DNA of 26,369 nucleotides from a virus (Duplodnaviria; Heunggongvirae; Uroviricota; Caudoviricetes): IMG/VR virus record IMGVR_UViG_2660238444_000003, positions 1 to 26,369 of that record; one strand, 5' to 3'. Shown piece by piece: positions 25,603 to 26,369 of this stretch (position 1 is its first letter; each line of letters starts with the position of its first letter). The notes under the pieces were generated by a model. It saw only the letters and a program-made list of their open reading frames with translations, ran no database searches and was not told where the DNA came from. The position numbers and the translations under genes were made by a program.

Positions 25603-26369
25603 ATGGCCGACGAAAACAGACTCAATTCCATTCTGTGTAAGTTTGACGCAGACTGGATGGCGAGCGATGAAGCCAGAACCGAGGCGACAAATGACCTGTA
25701 TTTTAGCCGAGTGTCGCAATGGGATGACTGGCTATCAAACTACACCACCCTGCAATATCGCGGACAATTCGATGTTGTTCGCCCGGTGGTCAGGAAACTG
25801 GTCGCAGAGATGCGCAGGAACCCTATCGACGTTCTATTCAGACCAAAAGACGGAGCTAATCCTGATGCTGCCGATGTGCTGATGGGGATGTACCGTACTG
25901 ATATGCGCCATAACACGGCAAAGATTGCCGTTAACGTTGGCGTTCGTGAGCAGATAGAGTCCGGCGTTGGTGCATGGCGTCTGGTCACGCAGTACGAAGA
26001 CAACGATCCAACAAGCAACAATCAGGTAATCCGACGCCTGCCAATCCATGAAGCCTGCTCACACGTCATATGGGACGCCAACAGCAAGCAGATGGATAAG
26101 AGCGACGCTAAGCACTGCACGGTGATTAACGCTTTGTCACGCAATGGCTGGAAAGAGTTCGCAGAGGATTACGGTATTGATCCTGACACCCTGCCATCTT
26201 TCCAGAATCCGAACGACACATGGCTGTTTCCGTGGGTATCGAATGATGTCGTCTACGTCGCTGAGTATTACGAGGTAGAAGAGAAGAAGGAGAAAGTCTT
26301 CATCTACCGCGACCCGCTGACAGGTGAGCCGGTCAGCTATTACCAGCAGGATATCAAAGACGTCATCGA
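25603..26369 (+). CDS. Portal protein (P22 gp1 type), 5' partial: runs off the window end
   Basis: Open frame from ATG at 25603 with no stop before the window end (hence absent from the ORF track); [43 protein letters not shown]...; follows the large terminase directly. Confidence 0.82.
   Translation, partial: MADENRLNSILCKFDADWMASDEARTEATNDLYFSRVSQWDDWLSNYTTLQYRGQFDVVRPVVRKLVAEMRRNPIDVLFRPKDGANPDAADVLMGMYRTDMRHNTAKIAVNVGVREQIESGVGAWRLVTQYEDNDPTSNNQVIRRLPIHEACSHVIWDANSKQMDKSDAKHCTVINALSRNGWKEFAEDYGIDPDTLPSFQNPNDTWLFPWVSNDVVYVAEYYEVEEKKEKVFIYRDPLTGEPVSYYQQDIKDVI

Larger units (their letters stand above)
2803..26369. mobile_element. Lambdoid prophage, left arm (attL side), mosaic of P22-like and lambda-like modules; right end beyond the window
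   Basis: Integrase gene abuts the tRNA 3' end; complete early-left, immunity, replication, nin, Q, lysis and packaging modules follow in canonical lambdoid order. Confidence 0.88.

Overview
The window covers a chromosomal proB-proA-thrW locus (E. coli-like) followed by about 23.5 kb of a mosaic lambdoid prophage inserted at the 3' end of tRNA-Thr(CGU); the right prophage end is outside the window. Everything here was read by eye from the sequence and the ORF track; similarities to lambda, P22 and E. coli proteins are recalled from memory, not from searches. Prophage order: P22-type integrase and excisionase; a two-gene operon behind a LexA box (UmuD'-like S24 peptidase plus a 106-aa unknown); an AT-rich repeat-bearing intergenic island; a long leftward early operon (N-like antiterminator, cIII, Erf, SSB-like, several uncharacterised genes); a lambda-like immunity region (cI, cro, cII, nutL/nutR, palindromic operators) with a membrane protein in the rex position; replication initiator with in-gene iterons plus DnaB-like helicase; nin region (NinB, Dam-like methyltransferase, NinE, NinF, YbcO-like, RusA, NinH); Q; lambda-type S/R/Rz/Rz1; Rha; P22-type small and large terminase and the start of the portal gene. 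A 33-nt run of N flanked by a duplicated 33-nt sequence interrupts the integrase gene. The most promising uncharacterised candidates are the SOS-controlled UmuD'-like operon, the rex-position membrane protein, the six-gene distal early-left operon, and the roughly 560-nt untranslated leader between nutL and N.
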